Origin: Octopus vulgaris
Taxonomy: Eukaryota
Direction of reading: 5' to 3'
DNA length: 64,000 bases
NCBI GenBank assembly: GCA_951406725.2
Contig: OX597824.1
Location: 34,968,001-35,032,000, forward strand
How positions within the stretch are numbered: the stretch's first letter is position 1; the number at the start of each line of letters is the position of its first letter. The position numbers and the translations under genes were made by a program. Shown piece by piece: positions 38,055-50,978 of this stretch. The notes under the pieces were generated by a model. That model was given only the letters and a program-made list of their open reading frames with translations. It searched no databases and was not told the origin of the DNA.

Positions 38055-38439
38055 GGATCTTTTCGGTTTGAACGGCAGTTTTTTAAAATAATTTCCACGT
38101 AACTAAACACTTTAAAACTTCGTATACTAGTAGAATGTGTTTATAAAACATCTTTTTCTCTTGAGAGAATTCTATAGTTTGTAAGATATTTGTTGTTGTT
38201 TTTCTCTTCAATTTCTGCAATTTCAATGACGTCTATTGAGGTGAAAACATTCTGTGCCGTATGAATATGTCTCTCGTTTAAGAAACAGATTGGGTTTATT
38301 TACATTTCTGAAGAAAAAAAAAAAAAGATACCCTTCCCCCACCCCAACCCTAAAACAGATCGATACTAGGGTCATAATTATTGGTAACAATTTCATATGA
38401 CACCGTTAGAAAAAACTGCCGTTCAAAGCGAAAAGATCC
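38055..38439. mobile_element. MITE with 30-bp TIRs
   Basis: GGATCTTTTCGGTTTGAACGGCAGTTTTTT versus the reverse complement GGATCTTTTCGCTTTGAACGGCAGTTTTTT (one mismatch); no ORF. Confidence 0.85.
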
Positions 38440-38570
38440 ATGTTATATATGTATGTATGTATGTTATGTATGTATGTATGTTATGTATGTATGTTATGTA
38501 TGTATGTTATGTATGTATGTTATGTATGTATGTATGTAATGTATACATGGATGGATGGATGGAAGGAAGG

Positions 38571-38798
38571 AAGGCGGCGAGCTGGCAGAAACGTTAGCAA
38601 GCAGGGCGAAATGCGTAGCCGTATTTCGTCTGCCATTACGTTCTGAGTTCAAATTCCGCCGAGGTCGACTTTGCCTTTCATCCTTTCGGGGTCGATAAAT
38701 TAAGTACCAGTTACGCACTGGGGTCGATATAATCGACTTAATCCGTCTGTCTGTCCTTATTTGTCTCCTCTGTGTTTAGCCCCTTGTGGGTAGCAAAG
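38571..38798 (+). mobile_element. tRNA-derived SINE, family A, flanked by microsatellites
   Basis: Near-identical to other copies; followed by (GA)n(GATA)n. Confidence 0.85.
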
Positions 38799-38822
38799 AG
38801 AGAGAGAGAGAGAGAGAAAGAG

Positions 38823-38871
<49 letters not shown>

Positions 38872-40648
38872 TGAATGTCTTCCTGAGGCTAAAAACAACA
38901 GTAATACCGTCTTCTATAGGACCGTCACATTTAGTTGACAAATATATTATATGAATAAACGGACAAGGATAAATAGATAGACAGACAAATAAATAAATGG
39001 ATGAAAAAGTTCAAAATTTAAAATTGGGGGAGGGATGAAATTTGAGCCCCTTATTAAACTTTATAACATTATTAAATATTGTTTGTTTCTCATAAAATGG
39101 CTCACATGGGGATGTGGTGTATATTTAATTCACATTATATTATTATTTACGATTATTTAAGGCAGACACAATTAAAACGCAAATTCTTTTCACTTTAATG
39201 TTTTGTCTGTATTTAATTTCGATTTGCCTATGTTCGTCAATTCGCTACGATCTCTATAAAGTAAACAAACAGAAATTTTTTAATTCGGGAGGGGGTGAAA
39301 TTTTTAAAAAATTTGTTGCATATTCGTAATCTCCGACATCTAAAACGTAGGAATCCGAAAAAATGTTTTCAAAAACATGCATTTTTCAAGGAGAAGTGTG
39401 AAACTGCTTTAGCCCTCCAAACAGGTGAACTCCCACCTGGACTTTGTGTCTTAGGAAATTTTTTAAAAACCACTCATTTCTTGTTGAAATATTACAAAAA
39501 TATGTTTCCAAAGGTGTAAATGACAATTATGCTGATGAAATCTTTAAAAATGTTTGTTTATTCTATTCAGAAAATAGCCCATTCAAGAACTTGCTCATAA
39601 TCATTGAACAAGCTTAAAAAAAAAAAAAGACAAATCGATTATTTACATTATTCAATTAAATAAGATCGTCGAATTATTCATTATCAATATGAAATTGGTA
39701 GTGATGATGAAATAAAATTTCTAAATTAACTTACTACAAAATAAAATCAAAAGTATTTAGTGATTAAAGTCGTTAATAAACTGGCATTAACGAACAATAT
39801 GGATCGAAAATATCAGAAAAGTTGCTATGTATGTAACGTGATTATGAATGAGCGACTGAATGGCTAAGCATTTCAGCAATATAATTGTAATCTATATTAT
39901 CTTTGAAAACCTCTCTTACTAAAAATTTTCCATCGAAAACTGTATTATTAAGATAGTTGTAATGAAACAAAATTCAGAATTGAGGGACCCAAATTGAGGG
40001 ACGGATCGAATCTCAGATTCGATCTGTCAGAAATCGATATACCAAATCGTGTTCCAGCTTTGTTTGAGTGTTTGTTTTCGTCAAAAGCATTTTGAGAAAA
40101 AAAAGGGAACTAATTATGTTAATTACTTTTTCATTAAAGCAAATCTTGTAAAAACCAAATGATAAAATCACTTCTGTTTTAGCTCAACATTTTCAGATTT
40201 TCCAGCTGTTACCAATACAGATGAGCGAAGGTTGACAGGGCTTCGCAAGCTCAACAGTTTAGTTGATTACATAATGTATAAAATTATAAATTGATTAATA
40301 ATTACATCTATAGAAGACAAACTTAGAACACGTATGTAATTTACAGAACGGAAGAATACACCTCACAATTATTGTTTAGAATAAGACAGATCACAGGTAA
40401 CAAAGTTCACATCCTAAATTTATAGTAAGTGCTGTTGTTTGAAGATTAATAAGTTTAGAGCAAAACTTTTATGCATCAAATTAACACCAATGACAATATA
40501 TTACGTGTGGTTTGAAAGTTAAAATAAAATCTTCTAAACAAGAATAATGATAAGAAAAATAGTGTAAATAAGATACCATACGGAAAACTGGCATGGCGAG
40601 AAAAAAAACTTTAAAATAATTGGTAGCTTGTATTTCTGTAGTACTTAC

Positions 40649-40747
40649 AAAATTATCAGCCGTTACACCATCATATTTTTTACAGCTTGTATTGATAGTT
40701 TCACCACAATTCAAAGTAGTAAGCAAAAATATGAGGACAAAAATCAT
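40649..40747 (-). CDS. IL-17 receptor-like gene, coding exon 1 (signal peptide; MIFVLIFLLTTLNCGETINTSCKKYDGVTADNF)
   Basis: ATG at 40747, hydrophobic N-terminus, strong donor TTT|GTAAGT; 99 nt ending phase 0, compatible with the next exon. Confidence 0.75.
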
Positions 40748-41779
40748 AATTTCTACTTCAGGTTCAGTCGAGACTAAGTCCTCAAGTTAAGGTCACGACG
40801 GAAAATCAAGGTAGGGCTATCAACAGTATAATTATAGTATTGGCCTCTTTCTCTTTTATATATATACATATATATATATTTTTTCGAATTGAAGTTTAGT
40901 GAAAACATTCAATTTTCACGGTAAATATAAACGATTATATAATCTATTTTCGTGGCAGATGTGAATTTTAAAACATGTCCTGGGATATGTGGTTTAAATT
41001 GTCGCTACTCAAGGCAATTAGTTGACACTCCAGATATACAACTGATTTTCTATATCAGCTCGGTAAAATATAACCGGATATAGGATAGGAATGAGAAGCA
41101 CGTCGTAATAGATGCGCTTTGTATGAAAAAAAGTGAATTAGAAAAGAAGGTGAAAGAAAAGGCCGTACCCTTTTATTGGAATTTTATTCTCTTTATCAAG
41201 TGAACCATAAGTATACAAGAATGTACGTTTGTTGGCTTGGTGGTTTCAATCGGGGTCGTTGTGGCCCTCAGGAGCCCACGTAAGATTTTTTAATTAAAAT
41301 TTACGCCGTAGGGGGGAGGGGTTAGTAACCGGGGTAAAATGAGTAATTTCTGATTTCTCATTATTTTCTTACCACCTGTTTGAAATCGTTACATTGCAAG
41401 TATTCCAGCAGCATTTTTAGGAGTCAAAACTGGTATCTCTTCAAGAAATTTTTCCTCAATTTTGACCCGATATCATTGAAATTGCTAATAAAATATTTGA
41501 ATAATTTTTAGTGTTAAACAATTAATATCCTTTTCTCTGTTGGATTCCAAGTCAATTTTTGCCTCTAATTTGATATTTTTCAAATTTCAAAAAGTGATGT
41601 CTAAATTGGGGTAAAATGAGTAATGACAAATTTCAATTGCATCTTCTTTTTAATATATCATGAAAAGAGACTCTCCAGCAGATCGCAATGAAACTGTGGA
41701 TAATTTTTTATGCTGAGTATGTTTTTCTTTATTTAGTCAAGTTTGGTTGATTTCATATTGTGCCTAAACCTCTTTCATT

Positions 41780-42190
41780 TACTCTTTACTCTTTTACTTG
41801 TTTCAGTCATTTGACTGAGGCCATGCTGGAGCACCACCTTTAGTCGAGCAAATCAACCCCGGGACTTATTCTTTGTAAGCCCAGTACTTATTCTATCGGT
41901 CTCATTTTGCCGAACCGCTAAGTAACGGGGACGTAAATACACAAGCATCGGTTGTCAAGCAATGCTAGGGGGACAAACACAGACACACAAACAAACACAC
42001 ATGCATATATATATATATACATATATACGACAGGCTTCTTTCAGTTTCCGTCTACCAAATCCACTCACAAGGCATTGGTCGGCCCAGGGCTATAGCAGAA
42101 GACACTTGCCCAAGATGCCACGCAGTAGGACTGAACCCGGAACCATGTGGTTGGTTAGCAAGCTACTTACCACACAGCCACTCCTGCGCC
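41780..42190 (-). mobile_element. SINE family B, full length
   Basis: From the (TTTACTC)-like tail to the GGCGCAGGAGTGGCTGTGTGG head; matches other copies. Confidence 0.88.
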
Positions 42191-42224
42191 TATTTGACAC
42201 AGATATTTAATTATTTTTTTGCAT

Positions 42225-42910
42225 TTCTGAGGAATTCAAGACGGGTTGCCCCTGGGAGCTCCTATATGCTGATGACCTAGCCCTCATAGCAGAATCACTA
42301 CCATAACTAGAAAAGAAATTTCGGATGTGGAAGCAAGGTTTAGAATCAAAAGGCCTTAGAGTCAATGTAGCAAAGACCAAAGTTCTAGTAAGTAGGAAGG
42401 CAAACTCATCACACCCCACTTCAGGTAGGTGGCCCTGCTTAATCTGTAGAAAAGGTGTAGGTAGAAACTCCATTAGATGTACCCAGTGTAAGCTATGGAA
42501 ACATAAGAGGTGCAGCAACATCAAAGGAAGATTAACCAAGAAGATAGCTTTTGTGTGAAGCAGATGCACAGTGGCAATAAACACCACAGATGCTCATAAA
42601 ACAGATTCCATTACACTCCTGGGGGAGAAAATAGAATTAGTTGATAGTTTCCGCTACCTAAGCGACAAAAGGTCTCTCACTCAGAGTGAAAGGTAGATTG
42701 TATGACACATGTGTACGAACTGCCATACTTCATGGTAGTGAAACATGGGCTGTGACTGCGGAGGACATGCGTAGGCTCGAAAGAAATGAAGCTAGCATGA
42801 TCCACTTGATGTATAATGTCAGTGTCCATGCACGACAGAGTGTGAGCGCCCTGAGAGAAATGTTGGACATAAGATGCAGCGTGCAGGAGAGACATTTGCG
42901 TTGGTATGGG
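42225..42910 (+). mobile_element. RTE LINE fragment (RT end and C-terminal region)
   Basis: WELLYADDL, WKQGLESKGL, LHGSETWA motifs. Confidence 0.88.
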
Positions 42911-43074
42911 AGTGGGATGTAGGCCTAGTGCATGAAGTGGAAATGTGAAGAAAAGAAGAGATTTAGTTTGGTTTGTTGTGGCAGAGTGTTTCAGAAATTT
43001 TCTTGTTAAGTGTGGGTAGGACACAGCACTTCTAGAACTCAGTTTCATTGACATGGGCAGGTCTTCTCAAGAAC

Positions 43075-43935
43075 TTTATCGCACCAGACATCTTGGTTCA
43101 TTGTTATTTCCTCTGTGAAGCCCAACATCCTGAGATTGGCCCTTACTACTTCATCCTATGTCTTCTTGGGTCTCCCTCTTCTGTGGGTACCATCTACTTT
43201 TAGTGATCAGCACTTCTTTATGCAGTTGTCCTCATTTATACACATCACATGTCCAAACCAACATAGTCTTCTCTCTTGCATGCTACATTTGATTCCTCTT
43301 ATGCGCAACTTTTCTCTCAAAACATTTGCACTTTGTCGTACATGTGCACTGATGTTTCACATCCAACAGAGCATACTACCTACATTTCTCTCCAGTCTAT
43401 ACATGTTTGCTGCAAGCATCGTATAGTCGACCTTTCACTCTGACAGAGAGTCCTTTAGTTGCAAACAGAGATAATAGCTCTCTGAACTTCCTCCACCCAA
43501 TTCTTATTCTAGAAACAATACTTTCAGAACATCCTCCACCATTGCTAATTTGCTCACCTATGTAACAGAAACTACCTACAACCTCAAGAGAGCATCCTGG
43601 GCATTTGAGAGAATCTAAGCCCTGCACATATTCCACATACAAAGACAACATTATCTGTTAATCTACGTGTGATTCCGTTGCACCTCTTATGTGTCCATAC
43701 TTTGCACTGGTTGCAGCAAATGGAATTTCTTCCAACTCCTTTCCTACATATTGAGTAGGGCCATTTACCTGATGGAAAGAGAGTTTTATTTTCTGTCTTA
43801 CTAACAACAACTTTGTTAGGTTAACTTTAAGGCCTTTTGATTCCAGGTTTTGTTTTCATACCTGGAATTTTTCTCCAATTCTGCTAAAGATTCTGCAATA
43901 AGAGCAAGGTCATCTGCATATAGCAGCTCCCATAA
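43075..43935 (-). mobile_element. RTE LINE fragment, opposite orientation
   Basis: Reverse-strand WELLYADDL, RIRIGWRKFRELL, KGRLYDAC. Confidence 0.85.
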
Positions 43936-44454
43936 AATATATATTATATATACATTTAAATTGACTTTCCATTAGAATGAATTTTACTGTAATATTAATA
44001 ACTACAAATAAGTGAATTTTTTGCAACTTTTCCACATTCCTTTACAATTTCAAGACATGGTGAAACATTTATCGTTGCTGTTCTCGAAGGTCAAGTGACA
44101 TAAAGTTAAAGAAATATTTTGCAATATCAAGCTTATTTTCCTTAGAAATCTTGCTTGAGTACAATTTTATAGAAAATAAACAAGTCTGTACAGAGCAAAA
44201 TAGAGGAAGTGTCAAAGTATTTCAGACAGAGGTGGTTGGTATCTAGATTGTTAGTTGAAAGAAACAGTGATTAATGCATTGATAAGCTAATGATTGTAGC
44301 ATATTAGAGGGTGAAGGCTTATGGATGTGGGCCAGAACTGTTAAATGAAATTGGGTCGGCTTTGGAAGATCTGTTTTATTGATCTTATCATTTTGAACTT
44401 TTTTAATTGAATAAATCAACCTCAGGGCTTTTTTTTCAGGCCTGGTTACTTTTT

Positions 44455-44650
44455 GCCAGACTGCTAAATTATAGGGATGTAAACATGCCAACACCAGTTG
44501 TCAAGCAGTTTCCATCTACCAAATCCACTCACAAGGCTTTGGTTGGTCTGAGGCTATAGTAGAAGACACTTGCCCAAGGTGCCACACATTGGGACTGAAC
44601 CCAGAACTCTGTGGTTGGGAATCAAACTTCTTACCACACAGCCATGCCTG
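44455..44650 (-). mobile_element. SINE family B, internally deleted
   Basis: Matches the family B head and CORE-like segment. Confidence 0.75.
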
Positions 44651-45261
44651 CTGTTTCCAAGACCTTAATTCATAGAAATTGTATCAGGAAGTATCTAGGT
44701 TATGTGTACTTCTCATTGTCTTTTGAGATTCAAAACTTTAATACATGCTGTTGACACAACATTAGAAGCCGTCAAAGTTTGGCAGTTCTTTTGTTTACAA
44801 GACATAAGTTAGTTCTTAGCTGTTGTTAATGTATACACAGGAAGTGTGTCAATCAGAGCTATGCATTAACATTATGATCGTATGTTAAATGTCTACATTT
44901 TATCAACAGAAGTATAAAATAATAGATCATTATTTCAGATATATTTATTGCAAGTAAATAAGGATTTAAATGTCTCTATCATTATATATGTTTTAATAAT
45001 GACTGTGTTTCTTAGTTTCTTATTTCATAGCAACAGTTAGATATTTTTTCAAATTGGTTTGCTCTCTCTTGCACATATGGTTTATATTTTCTGTACTATT
45101 TATACATCCTGTAGTGTCATTTAAACACAAAGCATTTATTTTATAAATCAATGTTAAACTTACTTTAGAACAGTGGTGGGGACTGTTTTAGCAGTGGGGA
45201 CTGCAAATTCATAAGAACATTTAGGGATACAGTTGCACTGAGAAAAATAATACACCAGATA

Positions 45262-46497
45262 GAAAGGTGGGCTGAAAATTTCATAGGATACCTATAAAGG
45301 AGTGATGCTAGAGCTGTGAAACCTTGCATGCATTAATTTCAACTCTTTTTTTAATTAATAATTGCATTGTTTCTTTCCAGGTAAGCCGACATGTGACTGT
45401 TCAAAGAAGACTTCAGAAGTAACTAGTAACAACAGCAGATATGATGTCATCATCACTGCGATACTGGTTCCCAGCCAATTTTTATTTTCATGTAGGGGAA
45501 TAGATGATAGTCAGATGGAGCCACATCAGGAAAATAGGGTGGGTGATCAACCAATTCAAAGTCACAGTCATGCACAGTAGCCATTGAAACCAAGGACTTA
45601 TGAGCTGAAGCATTGCCCTGATGAAACAACACCAGTCTTTCATAATTACCTTAGCTAGTTGGTATAGTACTCTCCATTGATGATGTGGTCCTTTTGAAGA
45701 TAGTTGATAAACACAATGCCTTTTGCATCCCAAAAAACTAAGGCCATCACCTTCCCTGCAGATAAAATGACCTTAGTTTTATTTGGAGCTAGTGAGGAAG
45801 GGTGTTTCCATTGCATGGAATGTCTCTTTATCTCTGGCTCAAAGTGATGAACCCAACACTCATCCTGGGTTAGGAAATGCTCAAGGAAGCCAGCTGAGTA
45901 TGCCTCAAACAATGTCAGATTTTCCTGTGATATCGTCAGCCTGGTGCACTTTTGATCAGGTGTCAGAAGACATGACACCCACTGAGCAGAACCTTCATTC
46001 ATTGGACAGAATATTCTCAACTTTCTCATGAGATATTCTAGTAGCATTGGCCATTTGATTTATGACAGTTGCTTGTCATCCATCAGCATATGGTGAAAAA
46101 TTATCAATGTTTTCCTTGGTGGTGGCAGTTGCAGAATATCCAGACATTGGGTCCTCTTCAAGACTCTCCTTCCTGTCCTACATTCAGCTTCCCACTTTTG
46201 CACTTTTGATAAAGCTGGAGCATCATCTCCTAATATAGCAACCATGGCAACATCAATGTCCTTTGGGGCTAAACCCTTTTCCTGCAGGTACTTGATAACA
46301 CCACAATGCTAAATTTTATCTGCTTTCAAGAGAAGTCATTACTAGTTACTTTTATCTTTAAACAGTCAGCTGACAGTTTACTGGGAAAAAAACAATGCAT
46401 GTATTAATAAGAAGCATTGAAATTAATGTACACAAGATTTCACAACTCTAGCATCACTCCTTCATAGTCAGCCTAGGAACTTTTCAGCCTACCCTTG
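45262..46497 (-). mobile_element. Mariner derivative with extended (about 170 bp) inverted ends
   Basis: TA flanks; 45262-45432 is inverted to 46335-46497; transposase remnants TQDECW, KVMALVFWD, HPPYFPDVAPSDYHLF. Confidence 0.88.
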
Positions 46498-46882
46498 TAG
46501 TTATACGATTTTATTGAAATATTAAAATACCCAAGATGTCATAGGTGAAATAAACATCAGAGATGCTTTGAGCCACACAGAAACTGCAGCAACTACTCAG
46601 GGGTTTTGCAAGCTCTTTTAAATCCTTTGCAATACTGGAAATCCTTCCATATCATCGGCAGGTATCTCAGGGTTTCAAGTGTTTCAATCTGTAGTCTGTA
46701 TGCTTCACCTGAGTAGGGTTCCACTTGTGGCTTCTTATCAACAACAGTCATCTTGAGCTAGTTTCAACTGCTATGCCTGTTTCCATGACGGTTTTCTTCA
46801 GTTGCCTTGATTCCAGACTTATCTTCTGCAGGAAATAGTGCACTGATCTGTATGGAAAGCCACAACAGCTGACTTCATTGGT

Positions 46883-47070
46883 ATCATCATCATCATCATC
46901 GTTTAACATCCGTTCTCCATGCTAGCATGGGTTGGATGGTTCGACCGGGGATCTGGGAAGCCAGAAGGCTGCACCAGGCTCCGGTCTTATCTGGCAATGT
47001 TTCTACAGCTGGATGCCCTTCCTAACGCCAACCACTCCGTGAGTGTAGTGGGTGCTTTTTATGTACCACC
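46883..47070 (-). mobile_element. RTE LINE 3' tip
   Basis: Nearly identical to 34297-34485. Confidence 0.85.
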
Positions 47071-47129
47071 TATAAAATAATATTTATTTATAATAGTATA
47101 CAGTATAATATTTTAATTATTAATTAAAT

Positions 47130-47800
47130 TCTTACTTGGCATGTTAATGAGTAAATTCTGCATTACTTTAAAAAACTCTATTAGATGGTATTGACAATGT
47201 AACCATTCTTTATTGATTTGGAAGATTTTTATCTGTGTCACAGGGAAGTGGTTCTTGGCTAAGTTTAATGCAGAACACATTGTTTGTATTGGTAACTATC
47301 AAATTTGGGTGCCAAGGCATCATACATTTGTAAAATGAATTTACTCAAGTTACAGAAATTAGGATCTTCATCTGGCTTCATCTCACTGACAGGAATTTTA
47401 AATATTCATAGTTTTAATTCATGACTTTTTAATTCTTGAAGCCACTTTTGGAATTGATTCTAAAGGTTAAAACACAATGCAGGAATAGCCACTACTATTG
47501 CTTTGGATTTCTGTTCTTTTAGTGGTAGAAAAATGTTTAATGAATTATTTTGTTTTTCTAGTTGTCTGATAAACAATTGTGATATTGATTCAAAGCTCCT
47601 GATAGTAGCAAGGAATGTGATAAGAAAATTATTTGGTCCTTGTAATTTCAAACTTAGATTGTTTATGTTAGTCATATCAAGCCCAGAACATCAAATTACA
47701 TAAAGAGCTTGGTTCTCAAATTTCAAGATAAGGTCTTTGACATCCAAGAAGAGTCTCACTACATATTTCAACAGATAGAAATTTGTGAGCTTATGCCATA
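47130..47800 (-). mobile_element. hAT (Charlie/SPIN/GTF2IRD2-like) transposase fragment, degraded
   Basis: DMTNINNLSLKLQG....I..F......LF..QL resembles the conserved hAT 'LN.LN..LQG' segment. Confidence 0.55.
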
Positions 47801-47989
47801 TGTTGAACCAGTGAAACACAGAATTGTTTCAATAATTTATTATGTAACACTTTGATGTCCTTCAGAAACTTATGGTTTGACAGGAACTAGCAAGCTGGAG
47901 GGCTGAGCCAGGTCCCAGTCGTCTGTTTTGGCATGATTTCTACAGCTGGATGCCCTTCCTAATGCCAACCACTTTATTGAGTGTACTTT

Positions 47990-48370
47990 AAGTGGTGCCA
48001 GCATGTGTGCTTTTTGCATGGTACCAGCATGAGTGCTTTTGTGGCACCAGCATGAGAGCTTTTATGTGACTCGGAATGGGTGCTTTTTATGTGGTGCCAT
48101 ACTCTTTACATGGTGCTGGCATGGGTTCTGTTTATGTGGTGCTGGCACAGGTGCATTTTACATGGTGCCAGCATGGGTGCAATTTATGTGGCACCAACAT
48201 GAGTAAATTTTGTATGATGCTGACATGGATGCATTTCACATGGTACATTTTATGTGATACTGGCATGGGTGCATTTTACATGGTGCCAACACAGCTGCAT
48301 ATTACATGGCGATAGCACAGGTGCAGTTTACATGGCACTGACATAGGTGCTTTTTACATGACACCAGTAC
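47990..48370. repeat. Degenerate ~25-bp minisatellite (GGTGCCAGCATGGGTGCTTTTTAT-like) in an RTE 3' UTR remnant
   Basis: Motif visibly repeated more than ten times after CTACAGCTGGATGCCCTTCCTAATGCCAACC. Confidence 0.75.
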
Positions 48371-50049
48371 TTGCAGGGTCATCGAATGGCTTGCATGACA
48401 AGGATGTCTCAACTGAGAGAAGTGACTCTGTGCCAGGCGTGAGGCTGATGTACGATAGCAAGTCAAGGATAGCTGTGTTACTACAGAGAAGATACTTGGT
48501 TACCCCAATAGGACAAGGAAACAGAGGGAGGTGGGAACGTGAGAGAGAAAGAGAAGTCAGTTGATCATCCTACAATTCTTTCTTGATTTAAAGCAACAAA
48601 TACTTTTTGAGATTCTACTGTAAATGATACTCTGTAATTTTTTTTTTTGTGCAATCTCTTATGGCTTATTTGACCTCAGATAAAAACAAACAGCAAAAAA
48701 ACAACCTTCACCTCATCTATTCATACACTGATTTCAAAGCGAGTAACTCTTTTTGTATTGTAAAGTTTGCTGTTATCTTACGTACAGGAAATATGTCTAC
48801 CTCTATTATATTTATAGCAAGTTGCCTTTTCTTTATTCTGGTTAGAAACTGTTCTTCATAGTGAATTAAAATTCTCAAACAATAATAACTTTCTATTGAG
48901 TTAAAATTCATGCAATAGCAACTATAACTTCTTTAACAAACTTGTCTTTGGTTTGTGCTTTTAATTTCTGTGCAATTAATTTTCATATATCTTAACTTCC
49001 ATATATTTTACATAAGGCTTTTATTCATATTTGTTTGTTTTTAAATAGTTTACTGTTTGTATAAAGATTATCTTAAAATGGTTAGCTTATCTAAACACTG
49101 AGTCATTTATTTATTTATTTTCATTTTTCATTTTTTTAATTATATTTCATACTGGTCTTCAAATTTGTACATTTCTATAAACTGTAACAGGTGAGAAATT
49201 TCCCATTCAATGAAAAAATAACTATCTTTCCATTTTGCACTGAATCACATTCAATGCAAAATTTATTCATACTGGTCACTGCAGATGAAGTTGCTTTTGT
49301 GCTCTTTATAGTATCAGTCTATACAATATATTAAATAAAGCTGTTTGTTAATTAGATTGTAGTAAGTAACTTTTACTAAAAGAAAGTAATTATTAAAGTC
49401 TACACTGTCTAGAAAATATTTTAAAATTCTAATTTTAATATATTTTTATCAAAATGTGATTTTGAAGTTACTTTTATTATTCAAGATTTCAATTACTAAA
49501 ACTGATTTGACTGCAAGACAGGCATTTTTAGCATTGAGATAACTTTTTGTCCTTTCTCTTTCTCTTACTCTTCATGACATTATTTTCTACTGACATATCG
49601 ATAAAAACATTTCTCCAAATTATATGTCTAATCCAGTGTCAGTCAAAATATGTTGATTCCAGCATCCTTTCATATTTGTTGGGTGTTTTTGAAGAAATAG
49701 AAAAGTGATTTTAATTTACTTATAACAAGTATAAACGTATCTCATTTTCTTTAAAAAAATTTGATTGTTGTACATCATCATCATTTAACGTCTGCTTTCC
49801 ATGCTAGCATGGGTTGGACGATTGACTGAGGGCTGGCGAACCAGATGGCTGCACCAGGCTTCAATCTTGATCTGGCAGACACAATGGGTTAAAAACAAAA
49901 TAAGCATTATTACAAGAGATTGTTACAGTACTTTATAAATTCTAACACAATCTTTGAGCACTTGCAATTATTCTAAATTTATTTATTGAGCAAATAAGTA
50001 CTATGAGGTGAATAAAGAGAAATTAGACGTAACATGAGAAAAATTACAC

Positions 50050-50745
50050 AGGTGCGGTTGTGTGATAAGAAGCTTTCTTTCCAACCACATGGTTCTGGGT
50101 TCAGTTCCACTGTGTGACACCTTGGGCAAGTGTCTTCTGTTATAGCTTTAGGCCAACCAAAGCCTTGTAAGCAGATTTGGTAGATGGGAACTGAAAGGAG
50201 CTTATCACACACACATGTATATATACACACATATAAAACCTAATGGTTTGGGTGTTGCACTCACAATTGCAGGTTTGTGATTTCAGTTCCTAGACTGGGT
50301 AGTGTGTTGTGTTCTTGAGCAAAACACTTTATCTCATGTTGCTCTACATTCACCTTGACACCTGACGCATGGTACACCGTGCACCTGTTTGGATGTCAAT
50401 TTGATGGAGGAAGAGAGTGAATGTATGGCACATACAGAGCTAACATACAGCACATACAGATTTGATCACTATAAACAAATCATTTGTGCAGGTAGTTCAG
50501 CAAAAAAAGCTCAACATTCATACATCATATACATGTGTGTGTGTTTTTGCTTTTGAGTGTCTGTGTTTACCCCCCACCAACCACCACCACATGATAATTG
50601 GTGTTGGTGTGTTTATGGTCCCGTATCTTAATGGTTTGGCAAAAGAAACCAGTAGAATAAGTACCAGGCTTTAAAAAAGAAAGTTCTGCGGTCAATTCAT
50701 TCTATGAAAACCCTTCAGTGTGGTGCCCCAACATGGTCACAGTGA
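50050..50745 (+). mobile_element. Old SINE family B copy interrupted by a family C SINE (about 50240-50510)
   Basis: Family B head at 50050-50230 and tail at 50530-50745 flank a second tRNA-like head. Confidence 0.65.
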
Positions 50746-50749
50746 AAAA

Positions 50750-50946
50750 CTCTCTTTACTCTTTTACTTGTTTCAGTCATTTGACTGCGGCCATGCTAGA
50801 GCACCGCCTTTTAGTCGAGCAAATCGACCCCGGGACTTATTCTTTGTAAGCCCAGTACTTATTCTATCGGTCTCTTTTGCCGAACCGCTAAGTGACGGGG
50901 ACGTAAACACACCAGCAATGCTAGGGGACAAACACAGACACACAAT

Positions 50947-50978
<32 letters not shown>

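Noticed and set aside
41320-41760. Possible pogo/Fot1-like end (repeated GGGGTAAAATGAGTAAT)
   Set aside because: No matching inverted terminus was found, so it cannot be classified.
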